Positions 1-12,614 of a stretch of DNA of 64,000 bases are shown in pieces; positions within the stretch are counted from its first letter, which is position 1, and each line of letters starts with the position of its first letter. Source of the DNA: Callorhinchus milii (Eukaryota); assembly GCF_018977255.1 (NCBI RefSeq), contig NW_024704743.1:17424001-17488000 (forward strand), in the 5' to 3' direction. Under the pieces are notes generated by a model. The model ran no database searches, was not told where the DNA came from, and saw nothing but the letters and a program-made list of their open reading frames with translations. The translations under genes were made by a program, and so were the position numbers.

Positions 1-929
1 CAGATCCATAAAATATGAGACATCCCAAGTAAACTCCTAGAAATATATCAAATGTACTATTAGTATTTTCAAATGAGCCTAAGCCTCAAAAAAATATATT
101 TATTGTTTTTAAAAAAGGATGAAGGCTGAATTATAGCAGCGCCACTAATACAACCAGCAGCTAAATTGGGTGATTTTTTTCAGCCCACCTAACCTTTTCC
201 ATATCAAGCATCACGACACGCGCTTGTTTAGATTAGTTGCAGGAAGAATTGAAAGCAGCATCTGGACATCTTTTATCCCATTATCTTGCAGTAATTACAT
301 ATTGTGCAGATTCATGCAGAAGCAGCAGCCTTGCACACTAACTCTAGGCTCACAGTAGAAAATCTGTGTTTTACATTTATTATCGGGGAGCTCTGTGTTC
401 TTTAAATAATACATTTGAATGCTAAGAAGAAAAAAATCAATTTTTATGACCACATTTGGTGAAAAAACGCTTATATGTGAGATAGAATCAGTAAGTGGAT
501 TATTGGAGGCATTGCTTCTCCTCAGGCTGATGATGATGACACATGCACTGGAGTTTCTTTCACTTAAAGTATATCAGTGCATCCTGCCAGAGAACTATCA
601 TCTTTTATAATGGTTGCAATTATAATGCAGCAACTGATATGTGAAAGTGTCTCCCTGAGATGCACGAACAGCAAACCTCTAACTATGGCTGCCCACTCCC
701 TCCCACATACACATCATTGCACCTCAGATTAATGAAGTCTACCAGAATAGGAGTGGACAAGATAGGGTGGTAGTGCCCGAGGTTGAAGGGTTCGAGGTGG
801 GTGATGCTGGCGGTTTGAAGGGGAGTGGGACTGATCCTGAGGAGAGGGACTGACTAATGGTGTCTACCAGCAGAGGAGGAGAAGCTGGGTGATCAGCAGC
901 TGAGTGGGGAGAGGTTTGAGGCAGTAGGT

Positions 930-1035
930 GGGTCTTTAACATCTACTCGAACAGGCAAACGGAGGCCTCAGTTTACCATATCATCTAAAGGATGACAATT
1001 CCAACAACACAATGCTTCCCCAGCACTGTGCAAAC
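930..1035 (-). mobile_element. Old Deu-domain SINE fragment
   Basis: tctttaacatctac..gaacaggca..ggcctcagttta..atctaaaggatgaca is the reverse complement of the Deu-type core at 38210-38300. Confidence 0.5.
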
Positions 1036-2049
1036 AGAGATAGTATTATATATTAGTCTTATAGACTGGAGCAGACAGGGATTATATTAAATCTCTGGTT
1101 TCGGAGTAAATAAAATTGGGTTCGCTGTATTATGCTGCTAGAGACTGGTCAATCTGCAAGTAAACAGGCAGATTGTACATGACAGTGACATAAGGCAACC
1201 CAAAGGGTAAGCTGGCACATGACCTTCTGAAGTCCCACTGAGGCAGAAGATGTCAATGATGATAACAATCCTTGCATTTGTTATTGCCTTTCATCCCAGG
1301 AGGATGTCCTGTGTAAATTAGCCAGGAGATAGTAGAAAAACACATGTGCGTATTTAATGTTCTGTATGGTTAACTCTTTCAAGGCCAGTTTAACTTACAC
1401 AGTGCCATTCACATTGGATGAATGAATCGAAGGGTTTCACAAAGCCAATGGGTAATTGTCAACGGAGAAAACAACGAGACTCTGAGGGTGTTGATCAAAG
1501 GCATTATCAAAAGGATACATTTGAAGAGGATTTTGAGGGCAGGGAAATAAGACAAGTGGATATTTGGAGAGAGCTTCAGAGTGGGAGCATAGTGGGCTGA
1601 AAGCTTAGCCATTGCAGGGGGTGGGGGAGGTGAAGGAGGAGAGCAGAGAACGAGCATTAAACCTAACTCAAAAGAGCAGAGGGTAGAGACAGGTGAATGG
1701 AGGCAATAATTGCAAAAGTAGTGAAGAGCAAGATTATTAAGGGATTTCGTGAAAACACCACCTGCATAATCAGACTCATTTTTTACTAAAATGTGCTTTA
1801 GCTTACATTTAAGCAAAGAAGTTACTTCAAGAATGTTTACAGCCCAGTGGAATATTGAATCTTAGTATTGGCTTCCTTAGTGCACATTAAAAATGCTGTG
1901 GAAACTGTGAACTTGTGAAAACACAACTTCATATCCACATTGTCATAATGTTCCTCAAACAGCTACATGTACCTTATACCACCTTCACACTACACGTGGT
2001 GCTGCATGTGGCACACTGATTCTCATTTACCATGAAATGTATTTCATTG

Positions 2050-2275
2050 TCCCTCATCCTCTCCTCTCCACCAACAGCATCCATGCTTTCAGCGCCTACG
2101 AAACTCTGGAACTCTCTGTCTTGTCCCTTCTTGCCCATCTTCAGATCACATATGAAGCCCCCTTCCTCTTTGACCATGCCTCCCATTTCTCCCTTGCTTG
2201 GCATCAAGCTGTCACTGTTAAATGCTTCAGGATGCTACAGTGTGAAGAGTGCTATATAAATGCAAGTTGTTGCCA
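2050..2275 (+). mobile_element. L2 LINE 3' end, degenerate
   Basis: Encodes HAFS..KLWNSL-like peptide and ends gctatataaatgcaagttgttg like the other L2 copies. Confidence 0.75.
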
Positions 2276-2446
2276 TTGTATAGTTCAGGGTGAAGTACTG
2301 ACAACACCCAGTAGGGTTTAGGAACATTGTGATTCTCCTTCTGCTGCGTGAATACAGTGCAGTGAATCAATGCCTACTTTCCTTTCTGTTCCTCAAGACC
2401 TCCAGTGAGGTCTGTTGGATGGCCAAAATCTTTCAGGAGAGAATTT

Positions 2447-2678
2447 TGCTTTTCCGGGCATAATAATCCCTTGAAAAAAAAATAATAATTTGGTCACTCA
2501 ATCCACAACTGTTTGTGGGACAATGCTGTGGACAATTGGCTGCTGCATTTCGCCCATAAAATATACAGTCAATTTACTTTATATTATATTCCGTGAAGCA
2601 CTTTGAGACGTTTTGAAGATGTGATAAGGCCCTATATCAAATGCAAGGATTATTATTATTATTATTATTTTTATTATT
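2447..2678 (+). mobile_element. tRNA-derived SINE, 3' half
   Basis: Body ggtcactcaatccac..tgtgggaca..aaatatacagtcaatt and tail tatcaaatgcaagg(att)n, shared with full copies such as 29421-29780. Confidence 0.85.
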
Positions 2679-3639
2679 GGGCCAAACCAAGGTCCTTTTC
2701 CTATTCTGATGGTTATCAGGTAGGTAATGTTAAAATTAATTGACACCATTTCAAAGAAACTAAGATATTTCTTTGTGTCTTAATGAACATTGCTGCTTAT
2801 CCCAATTCCAGAAAAAAAATTCAATCTGATAATTTATTAATTTCTTTGTTGGCTCAGACTAGCTGCTGTGTTTGCCCACATACCACCACTACACTTCAAA
2901 ACAACTCGTGGTGCAAAAGCTTTTGAAATGTATTGACAATCTAAGGCACTTACTTATCAAATGCAAGTTTTGGTATTTAACTCTGAATTGAGTATCAGAC
3001 CTGACACTATCTTAAAAGGTAGCAGTATTAAAAATCCATTAATGTTTAACAACTCTTTATACTTTAAACTCTTACTCAGCTGGGGATGTAACAGCTTACT
3101 TGGCAAGATACACCACTGAGAGGAAGGAATAAGGGGAATCTCAGTGTAATTCATGTGACTGATGAGCTCCCAAGTACAGGCAGCAATGTCCCTATTTGGA
3201 GTTTTATGGGCTGCTCTTAAAACCAGGTATTGCTTTGTCAGAAATCAAAGTTTATTGAAAGTGTAAACCCACAGCACCTAAAACAATTTTGACCCATCAG
3301 CAGTTAAAATGAACCGCATGAATTTTAACAAAAATGTTACAGTGAGAGATCTGTCACGACTTACTCATGAGAACATGGCAGAATTGTTTTCATAAACTCG
3401 TGCCATTTTAGAGTTTACGTTTAAACATAGTTTGATATGTACACTGCCTTATTAACAAAGACTGTTGGTGATCCTGAGTGTTAAGAGTAACATAGTACCA
3501 TCAATAGCCTGATGCAGGTTCAGTGCCAATTGGAGGTTTGCAAAGGCTGTAGCATTTCTTTTGCTGGGGAGAACTGCAAATTGGAATGAGGGTGTTACTG
3601 CTGAGATTCTGGTGAAAGTTATGGATCGGAGAGACTCTC

Positions 3640-4190
3640 AGCAACAATAACAACAACAAATTACATTTGTAAAATGCCTTTCATGTTGGGAAGACGTCCC
3701 AAGGCGCTGGACAGTCAGGGATTTGGATGCGAGCAGGGCATTGGGACCAGGGGGCTGGAGGACAGTGAGGGTAGTGGTAGGAGAATAGATGAATGCGCAG
3801 TCAAAGAGGAGGGTCTTCCAAGGTGCTTTGAAGGAGGCAAAGCTGGGAGCAAGATAAAGGGACTGGTGGATGGAGTTCAAAAGGGTGGGAGCAGAGAAGC
3901 TGGTGGGGCGGGCCAGATATGGGACATGGAGGGAGCAGGTAGATTGGTATGGGGTTAGCAGATCATAGGGGTAGGAAGGAGCAAGGCCATGGAGGGTCTT
4001 AAGGGCGAGAATGAGGATTTTGAACTCTATCCTCTGGGGGATGGGGAGCCAGTGGAGCCGGGTGGGGATGGGGATCCAGTGGAGCCTAGTGGGGGAGAGG
4101 ATACAAGCTTCAGAGTTCTGGATGATCCGCAATTTGTGGAGGAAGGGTGGGGAGGCCAACAAGCAGGGATTTGGAGTAGTCGAGCCGAGA
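3640..4190 (-). mobile_element. L2 LINE 3' fragment with an internal 27-bp tandem duplication (about 4037-4090)
   Basis: ORF 3638..4324 contains LHKLRIIQNS..RLHWLPIPQRIEFKILIL..LHGLAPSY (L2 ORF2 C-terminus). The (caa)n tail is at 3640-3660. Confidence 0.9.
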
Positions 4191-5886
4191 TGTAATAAAT
4201 GCAATAAATAAAATGGGATCTGGTAATAACAGAGGAGAAAAGTCCTAATATCCGTCCTTTCTAAAATACAATATAAGTTACACTTATACTGTATAATGCC
4301 TTTCATGTAGGCAGGATGTCTCAAAGCTCATTGGAGGGTAAATACCTTTGACAGAATATAACGATAATAATCCTTTGCACATACACTCTCTGTGAAGTGT
4401 GCTTTATTAAATCATCTGTATTAACAAAGGTATAAATCTACCATTACCAACAATTTCCATTTGCCTCTGTTGTATCATTCTTTGAATTGAGGACATTTCT
4501 TAAATTTAGTCTTAGTTCTAGAATTATAGAAAACTAGTTCCAAACTAAGGCTGAGCTTAAGAATTTTCCATTATTCTACACTACATGATCTTACATTTTA
4601 AGACCACTTGGTTTTACAATCTAAAACTAGATGGAATTTCAGGCTTTGGTCTTCAAGTCAAAGATAATGTGGATGCAAATAAGTAACTTCACTTATTCCT
4701 ATAAACTGATAAAATGATGGTGTAGGTGTTCCATGAGGTTCATGAGGTTCATCTCATGTTCAGTGGCGTTTGTAAGCAAATAGTTTTCGACACAACCACT
4801 GTAACAGAATCAGGGTCACAGCAGTTATTGAAAGGACTCACTGACCACATTGATCAATGATATGATAATTGCCACCAGTTATAATTATATCATCACATGC
4901 CACAATTTTCACCTTATCGAATATTGCGCAGAGCTGGTGTATTATAGAGGACACAATCCAATGGCTCTGAGCAATAATGTTCTCACTAAAGAAATGTAGG
5001 TGTGTGCCTACGGTACTGTTACTACACTGTATAGCAAAGTGTTTTGAGGTGTTTCACAATGTGATGAGGCAAGGATTATTATTTTATTAGTAGCAGTAAT
5101 ATCTATGATGTAACCACTGTAAATGTATTGAACCTTAATCTTTTGGTTGTTTTTTTTTGAATAATTGCACAATAATATTTACTTACACTGTATTTAGATC
5201 AGATCTCGAATGATTTAACTTGAGCATGAAATTATGTGTTTTTGCTGCCTGTCACTAATTAAACAGAAACACTCACAAAATGATTTCACAATATTTTGAT
5301 CAAAATCTTTATCAAAACAAGGTCATTACCCTGAAAAGATTGATTTCTAGAACCATACCCCAAGTCATGGTTTCAACAGAGGGCGGAGATTGTAGATCTA
5401 GCTTCATGGATTTAAGTCATGTCACTCTACATGAACAGGTCAGAATTGAAAGAAAGTTTAATTGCCCACGAAATATGCAGACAATTCACTTTATTTTCTG
5501 TGAAGCACTTTGAGATATCTCAACAACTTTGAGACGTCTCAAAGTGCTTCATACAATAAAGTGAATTGACTGTATATATAAGGCACTATTATCAAATGCC
5601 AGAAATATTATTATTATTATTGCTTCCCCTTGCAGTCGTACCCTATAAAAGTATACATTACTGCAGTAAACAGAACAAATTCACTTGTTAAGGCCTTGTT
5701 GCAGTCTATTATTCAGGGAAAAGAATTCAGGAGCCAATTTGAACTGGTGAGTTTATTTATGATGAGCAAAGCCAAAAATTAATGGTTAACTTTGTAGTTT
5801 ATGATAACACTATCACCATTTATTCTCAGGATTTGCAGAGAAAGGGAGACAGAGGAAGTGAATGAATTCAACAGTTTGTAGAACAA

Positions 5887-6060
5887 TAATAATTTTTGCA
5901 TTTGATATAGTGCTTTTCACGCCTTCTAGACGTCTCAAAGCACTTCACAGAATACAGTGTAAAGTGAATTGATTGTATATTTGTGGACAAAATGCGGCAG
6001 CCAATTGAGCACAGCAGTGTCCCACAGACAGCTGTGGATTGCGTGACCAAATTATTATCT
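5887..6060 (-). mobile_element. tRNA-derived SINE, 3' part
   Basis: Reverse complement of the SINE tail and body (ttgcatttgatatag..gacgtctcaaagcacttcacagaata..gtcccaca). Confidence 0.85.
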
Positions 6061-6816
6061 TTTTATAAGATAGGAGATAAGCATGGAGGACATTGTCCAT
6101 TTCAAAGCAGTGATGATGTAAGATGGGGAAATGCTGTGTAGGATGACTCATTAAAGCTTTGAGTGGAATGGTTAGAGGAGTAACTGATCATCATGGTAAT
6201 TCGAATCAGGATATTTGACATAGATGGAGAGAATGGAGGCCAGAGTTGAGAGAACATTTCTAAATAAACGTTAAGACTTTTCATGTACATTGGATGCTTT
6301 TGGTTCCACATCTCACTTCCTTTGTGGCTGTGGGGTCTATATAAAACATCACCAGTTCAAGGATGTGGTGACCTAATCATATATAAGAACTATCGTCTAC
6401 TGTCACGTTTACAAAAACGCATCTCTGACAAGCTCATCTTTGTGTGTACCTGAACAAGCTTTCTCTTTGCTGTATGCTTTGCATTCTCATCGTGCTTCCC
6501 TTGATATTTTTGTTTGGAAAGTTAGATGCATTTTGATCAGATAATAGGGACAATTTAACAATGTGCTTGATGATGCCAATGTAATGGATGATGCTAGTTT
6601 TGTGTAGAAGAGGGGTCAGCCAAGTTGGCAAGCTGCTTGCCCACAAGTTTGGGGATCGTCCCAATTAAAATTTCACTTTAAAAAAAATTTGGGTCCCATT
6701 CAAGTCCCAAGGATCCACAACGCATTACACCATTAAGATTGATTATAAGCCCCTAGATTGTATGAGGAAGGGAGACAAAGATTACATGATTGCCAGTTTC
6801 AGAAGCATTATCAAGG

Positions 6817-7561
6817 TGTTGGAATATAGGGAGGCCCCTATAACCATTTAGAATAGAACAAGATTTTTATTTCCATTCTTTTAAGATATGTTTAATTAAT
6901 TGTATTAACATATTGTATTAACATTAAGATATGTTTAATTAATTGTATTAACAAAAACAAAATATCAAAATGGCGGCCAAATTAGCTTTCTTACTAACGG
7001 AATGTGGCACAGGCTGGAACCACGGTACCCGTTATCTCTCCTCTCTCCAGATGCACATTGTAACCTTGGGTACCAGCTGGAGAGGAAAAGTCTGCAAAAC
7101 ATCATGTGCTAGGCCTAGGAAGATAAAGAGTAGACTTCCCAATAGGCCAGTCCCGAATAACATCATTATAGACAAGACAATGGAGACTCACCTTATCAAC
7201 ACCGGTCAGGCTGGTGTCAGGCCAGTGATTGATTAGGATGAGTATGTGCAGGACAAGTTATGAGTGGGAAGAAAGTATCTGGCAAGAGCCCAGAAAAGGG
7301 TATAATTAGTGAAGGGAGAGAGAGAGAAGTCAGTTAGTCCCGGCTGGCAGGAGGGGAGCGAGGGAATTACACCAGCGAAACCAGGGCAAGCGCGTGACGA
7401 CAGCCAAGAGATTTTTCTTCCACTTTTGTTCTACGCGGATTAACCGGTAGTATGCTCTTCCTTATATACTGTTAAGCTCACTATTTTATAATGAAAGAAT
7501 TATTCCACCATCTTGGATTGTCGGGTCATATTTCGAACGCTAGGGATCGGAAATCCCAACA
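6817..7561 (+). mobile_element. Probable solo LTR (Gypsy-like), 745 bp
   Basis: Termini TGTTGG...CCAACA form a 6-bp inverted repeat with TG..CA ends. Flanks aagg/aaga fit a 4-bp TSD with one mismatch. It contains a YY1-type CAAAATGGCGGCC (6966-6978) and TATAAT (7301). No PBS follows. Confidence 0.65.
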
Positions 7562-7689
7562 AAGATGTGTACTGTTTTTCCTCTCATCTCATCCCCTTCC
7601 CTCTAGTCATCTAGTGGGGTACCGTAAGGCTCCATCCTTGACCCCCTTCTTTTCCTCATCTACATGCTCCCTCTCCCTTTTGTACATAC

Positions 7690-8832
7690 AATACAAAATT
7701 ACATTTGTATAGTTCCTTTCACATTGGGAGGACGTCCAGGGGGGCTGGACAATCAGGGATTTGGACCCGAGCTGAGGGTTGGGATCGGGGAGGGTGGAGG
7801 GCAGGGAGAGTAGGAGGGTGATCAAAGGCGTGGTTGAAGAGGAAGATTTTGAGACACGTCTTGAAGGAGGCAAGGAAGGGAGCAAGGCAATGGGAATGTG
7901 GGATGGAGTTCCAAAGGATGGGGGCACAAAGGCTGAAGGCCCGACCGCTGATGATGGGGCGGGCCAGGTAGGGAATGTGGAGCAGGCCACAGCCTGCTGA
8001 GCGGAAGGAGCGGACAAGTTGATATGGGGTCAGCAGGTCGCAGAGGTAGGAAGGTGTAAGGCCTTGGAAGCCCTTGAAGATAGGACAAGGATTTTGAACA
8101 CTATCCTCTGGGGGATGGGGAGCCAGTGGAGACAGGTGAGGGTGGGCAGGATGAGGTGAAGGAGCCTGGTGCAGGAGAGGACATGAGCGGCAGAATTTTG
8201 ATAATCTGCTCTGCAACCTGTGGAGGGAAGGGTTGGTAAGGCTGACAAGCGGGCGTTGGCGTAATGGAGCATTGATGTGATGAATGCGTGAATGAGGGTT
8301 TTGGAGGCCTGAGGGGTGAAGCAGTAGCGGAGCCAGTGATGCTGTGGAGGTGGGGGAAGGCAGAGGGTCATGGTACAGATGTGGGGTAGAAAGGACTGTT
8401 GAGGTTTTAAACAAGACTCCAAGGTTTCGGACTGGCTCAGCGGTGTGGAGTGTACATCCTTGGATAGTGATGTCCAGTGCCTGAGGTGAGGAGGTGCTGA
8501 CAGGAGCCAATCAGGAGAGCCTCGGTCTTCTTGATGTTCAACAGTAGAAAGTTAGCTCTCATCCAGGACTTGATGTCTCACAGAAATTCTGTCAGGACAG
8601 CAGTGGTCCTGGAGTCCAGGGTGGAGGCAGAGAGATAGAGTTGGGAGTTGACCCCATGTCTGCAGATGATGTCACCAAGAGGAAGCATATAGATATTGAA
8701 GATGAGGGAACCAAGGACAGAGCCCTGAGGAACACTGCACAAGACGGTGCGGTGGCTAGAGAAGAAGCCGTTTGTGGAGATGAAGTGGAGATGGTGTAAG
8801 AGGTAGGATCTGAACCATACAAGGACAGAACC
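7690..8832 (-). mobile_element. L2 LINE, 5'-truncated (about 1.1 kb), frameshifted RT
   Basis: Peptides WFRSYL, VPQGSVLGSLIFNIYMLPLG, PVRNLGVLF, LHWLPIPQRIVFKILVL and GRAFSLCAPILWNSIP occur across frames. Confidence 0.92.
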
Positions 8833-9526
8833 ATTCTCCCTCAGACTCACTCGACCAGTGCGCAATCTAGGCGTCCGGTTCGACCCCCAGCTGTCCTTCC
8901 TCTCCCACATCTGGTCCCTGACCAAGACTGTCTTGCTCCACCTTTGCCACATTGCCCACCTCCAACTGTACCTTACCCTCAAATGCAGACAAAACTCTTG
9001 TGCATGCGTTTGTCACCTCCCGCCTGGATTATTCAAATGCACTCCTCGCTGGTCTCCCCAGCTCCATTCAAAAAATCCAGATCATTCAGAATTCTGCCGC
9101 CGGCATACTTACCCGGGCCAAACTCTGTACCCCCATCTAACCAGTTCTGGCCAGGCTCCACTGGTTCCCCATTGCTGAACGGATCGACTTCAAGATCCTC
9201 ACAATCGTGTTCAAATCGCTTCACTTCCTGGCACCTCACTACCTCTCCGACCTCCTCACTCCCCAGTCCATCACCCGATGCTTCCGCTCAACTGGCACCA
9301 GCCTCCTGTTTGTCCTTCATACCCTCCACTCCATCAACACCCTCCCTCAATCCCTGTAGCTTGCCCTCTCATTCCCCCTTTTCAAGTTCCGCCTTAAGAC
9401 CTTCCTTTTCAACCATGCTTATGGTCACCTCCCCACCACCCACTCCCTCCCGCCCGGCTGGGAGTCAGGCTCTGCCATTGTTAAGCACTCTGCGAGGACA
9501 GGGCTATATAAGTGCAAGTTGTTATT
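8833..9526 (+). mobile_element. L2 LINE 3' fragment, head-to-head with the previous element
   Basis: RNLGVRFDPQLSF and LVHAFVTSRLDYSNALLAGLP..IQNSAA; ends gctatataagtgcaagttgttattg. Confidence 0.9.
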
Positions 9527-10395
9527 GAAGGTTGAGATGAGAGGAGAAGCGGTGGAGGAGGATAGATGGTCAATGGTATCAAAGGCAGCGGAGAGATCAA
9601 GAAGAACGAGGAGGAAGAAGGACCCCTGGTCACAGATTGACAAAATGTCATTTGTCACTTTGACCAAAGCTGTTTCTGTGTTGTGGGACGCATGGAAACT
9701 CATTTTGAGGAGTATGTGAAAGGAGTGGTGGGAGAGGAAAAAGCGAAGCTGGGAAGCAACAACTCGTTCCAGGACCTCGGAAAGGGAAGTTGGAGATGAG
9801 GCAGTAATTTGAAAGTGGGGAGGGAGGGGGCAAGGCAGAGAGAATGAGGGAGAGAGTTCCATAGAGTTCCATGTATGTGGATGACACCCAAATCTACTTC
9901 TCCTTCTCCAGCTGTGACTCCTCGTCCGCTGATGTCCTGTCAGCTTGTTTGATTGGGTGAGTACAAATTTCCTGCAGCTCAATATCAGCAAGATGGAAGC
10001 CATACTCTTTGGCTCCCATTAACGTCTTCTCTCCTGCATTTCTGAACTCCTCAACCTTCCCGGGCTCCCTCTCAGACTTTCCGAACCTACGAGCAACTTA
10101 GGCGTCACTTTCGATCTCCAGCTTTCCTTTCTACCACACATCCGTGCCCTGACCAGGACCACTTTTTACCACCTCTGCCACATTGCCCGCCTTCGTCCGT
10201 GCCTCACAACTGATGCAGATAAAACCCTCGTCACTTCCCGGCTGGACAATTCCAATGTCCTCCTTGCTGATCTCCCTAGCTCCACCATAAATAAAATCCA
10301 ATGAATTCAAAACTCGTTGTTAGACTCCGCCACTGTCAAGTGCTCCGGGACGCTACCACGTGTGAAGGGTGCTGTATAAATTCAAGTTGTTGTTG
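9527..10395. mobile_element. Rearranged L2 LINE with pieces on both strands
   Basis: Minus strand: LERVVASQL..TETALVKVTNDIL..LLDLSAAFDTIDH. Plus strand: MYVDDTQ..NLGV..IQNS followed by the 3' tail. Confidence 0.85.
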
Positions 10396-10419
10396 GGGTT
10401 AATCACTTGTTCCTTATCC

Positions 10420-10693
10420 CCAGCCCTGCCCTCCCCACCATCAGCAGTTGGGCTTTTCTGCCCCCACTCTTTGGAGCTCCATTCCACAGTCCCTTCGCCT
10501 CGCCTGCTCCAATGTCTCCTTCAAGACCCTCCTTTTCAGCCACACCTTCGATCACCCTCCTACCCTTACCCTCCCTGCCCTCCACCCTCCTGATCCCAAC
10601 CCCCAGCTTGGATGTAAATCCTTGACTGAACAGTGCCTTGGGACATTCTCCCGATCTGAACGGCGCTATACAAACATAATTTGTTCTTGGTAT
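10420..10693 (+). mobile_element. L2 LINE 3' end
   Basis: APTLWSSIPQSLRLA..FKTLLF, then a 3' stem-loop ending ggcgctatacaaac. Confidence 0.85.
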
Positions 10694-11030
10694 TGTTGCA
10701 TAGTGCCCTCTACTGCCTGGGAGCAGCACTCTTCTGCTCATGAGTCATTTGGGTCCTCTCTGCCGGGCAGACCTGTTTAAGGCCCAAGGAGAGTGGAGGA
10801 ATTGGGGTTTAAAGGGTACAAGGGTTTTTCTCGTGCAAGGGATTCCTGAGACTGGAGAGAAGCAGATAAGGGAGCTTATATCTTCTTATTCTGGGACCAC
10901 TCAACACATGATTGCAACATGTTTTGTGTGTTTTTGTTTCAAATAAAGTTGATTGCTTCATTCCACAACTATGTCAACTGCTTCTTCCAAGACTTCCCCA
11001 TGACTGCTAAAATGGTGTCAAGAATGGGAT
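10694..11030 (+). mobile_element. 5' LTR remnant with a tRNA-Leu primer binding site (Gypsy/ERV-type)
   Basis: Starts TGTTGCA, has AATAAA at 10942-10947 and ends tgctaaaa. It is followed by TGGTGTCAAGAATGGGAT (11013-11030), 16/18 to the recalled tRNA-Leu(CAG) PBS TGGTGTCAGGAGTGGGAT. Confidence 0.65.
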
Positions 11031-11064
11031 TGGCAGTATTCCAAAAAACAGTATTCTAATCCAA

Positions 11065-11585
11065 GCATTCATCATGTTGAGGCTTGATTATACCAACTCT
11101 GCTGGCCGGACTACTCAACTTCTCCCTACACAAGCTGTAGACTATCCAGAACTCTGCAGCTCATGTTCTTTCCCACACTAGGCTCTGCAATTCTGTCACC
11201 CCAATCCTTGCCTGGATCAACTGGCGCCTCAGCCTTCAGAGGATTGAGTTCAAGATCCTCCTCATCTTTAATTTCCTCCATGGTCTTGCCCACCCTACCT
11301 CTGCGACCTTCTCAAATCTTACCAAACTCCCTACTCGCTCTGCTCAGCAGACACCAGTCTATTTCACTTCCCTCACCCTACCTGCCCCACCATTAAATGC
11401 TAGGTTTTCAGTGTACCTACCCCCATTCTCTGGAACTCCATCCCGGAGTCCCAATGACCCACCCCTTCCTTTGGTCATCTCATCCCTAGCTTGAGTGGAA
11501 ACCCTGGAATGACCAGCACCTTGCTTTGAATCCTCTTGATTTAAAGGTGCTATATAAATGTAAATTTGTGATTGTTGTTGTTGTA
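11065..11585 (+). mobile_element. L2 LINE 3' fragment, degenerate
   Basis: aggcttgattataccaactct..atccagaactctgcagc..gagttcaagatcctc..ctctggaactccatccc..gtgctatataaatg, then (ttg)n. Confidence 0.8.
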
Positions 11586-11684
11586 TCCATATCCTGTGGT
11601 ATTCATTGTACCATTGTGTGTACAGCCATCTGGAAAAATTAGGTTTAATGGCTTCACTCTTCTTTAGTGTCTCACAATTCTGTA

Positions 11685-12010
11685 GCTCTGTAGTTAGAGC
11701 TGGGTTTGATTCCCGGCAGGGCAAAACATTGGACAAGTTTCCTTACTCCACATGCTTCTGTCTACCTAGCAGTAAGTAGGAACCTGTTGTTGGTCAATTG
11801 GAGATAATTTTTCTGGGGGGTAATCCTCACTGGTTTGAAATGAACCCTGTCCTCCAGACTTATCTCCTATTTTATAAAAAATAAGAATAATAAATTGGTC
11901 ACTCAATCCACAACTGTTTGTGGGACACTGCTGTACGCAATTGGCTGCCATGTTTTGCCCACAAAATATGCAATCAATTTACTTTACAGCATATTCTGTG
12001 AAGTGCTTTG
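11685..12010 (+). mobile_element. tRNA-derived SINE, near full length
   Basis: Head with B-box-like gggtttgattccc, body caagtttccttactccac..agtaagtagg, then tail start. Confidence 0.85.
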
Positions 12011-12614
12011 ACTTTTCGTCTTCATTTATATATTGCTTATGATCTTACTTTTTTTATTTCCCTTTTTCTCTCTGACTCCCATGAACCTCGGTGATACATT
12101 ACTGTAGTGTGAACCTTGGCCCTTCACTAAAATTTCACAAAGAAATACTTCCTGGTGTTTGTCCATTACCCACTGACTCTTGTCCTCTTATATTGCTGCC
12201 TTGGTATATCTGAAAGTATTATTCTTGGTTTACTTTCCCTGTACCATTAACAATCTTATGTATCTCCATTAAAACCCCTTCTAGATGTCTCTTTTCAGAG
12301 CTTAAAAACCCAGATTCTCTAGATGTTAGGATTTTTACATTCCTTTGTTGTTTACATTTTTAAAAAATTGTCCTACTTATTCCTTGCTGCATTCTTCCTG
12401 CTTTCCTTACTTTCCTATGGCATTTTCTGTTTAGCACGGTATTTTGTGGTAATGCTTCAGTTGCAGAACTGAACCTCGTGAAGAACTTCACAGAGCAAAT
12501 ATGAGAGGAACTAGTTGCAAAATTCCGTATAGTTGTTACCACTATTAATAGACAGTGATAATATACATGTTTTTTGATTGAATTTAACTTTTCTTTTGTT
12601 TCGCCAAATCACAA

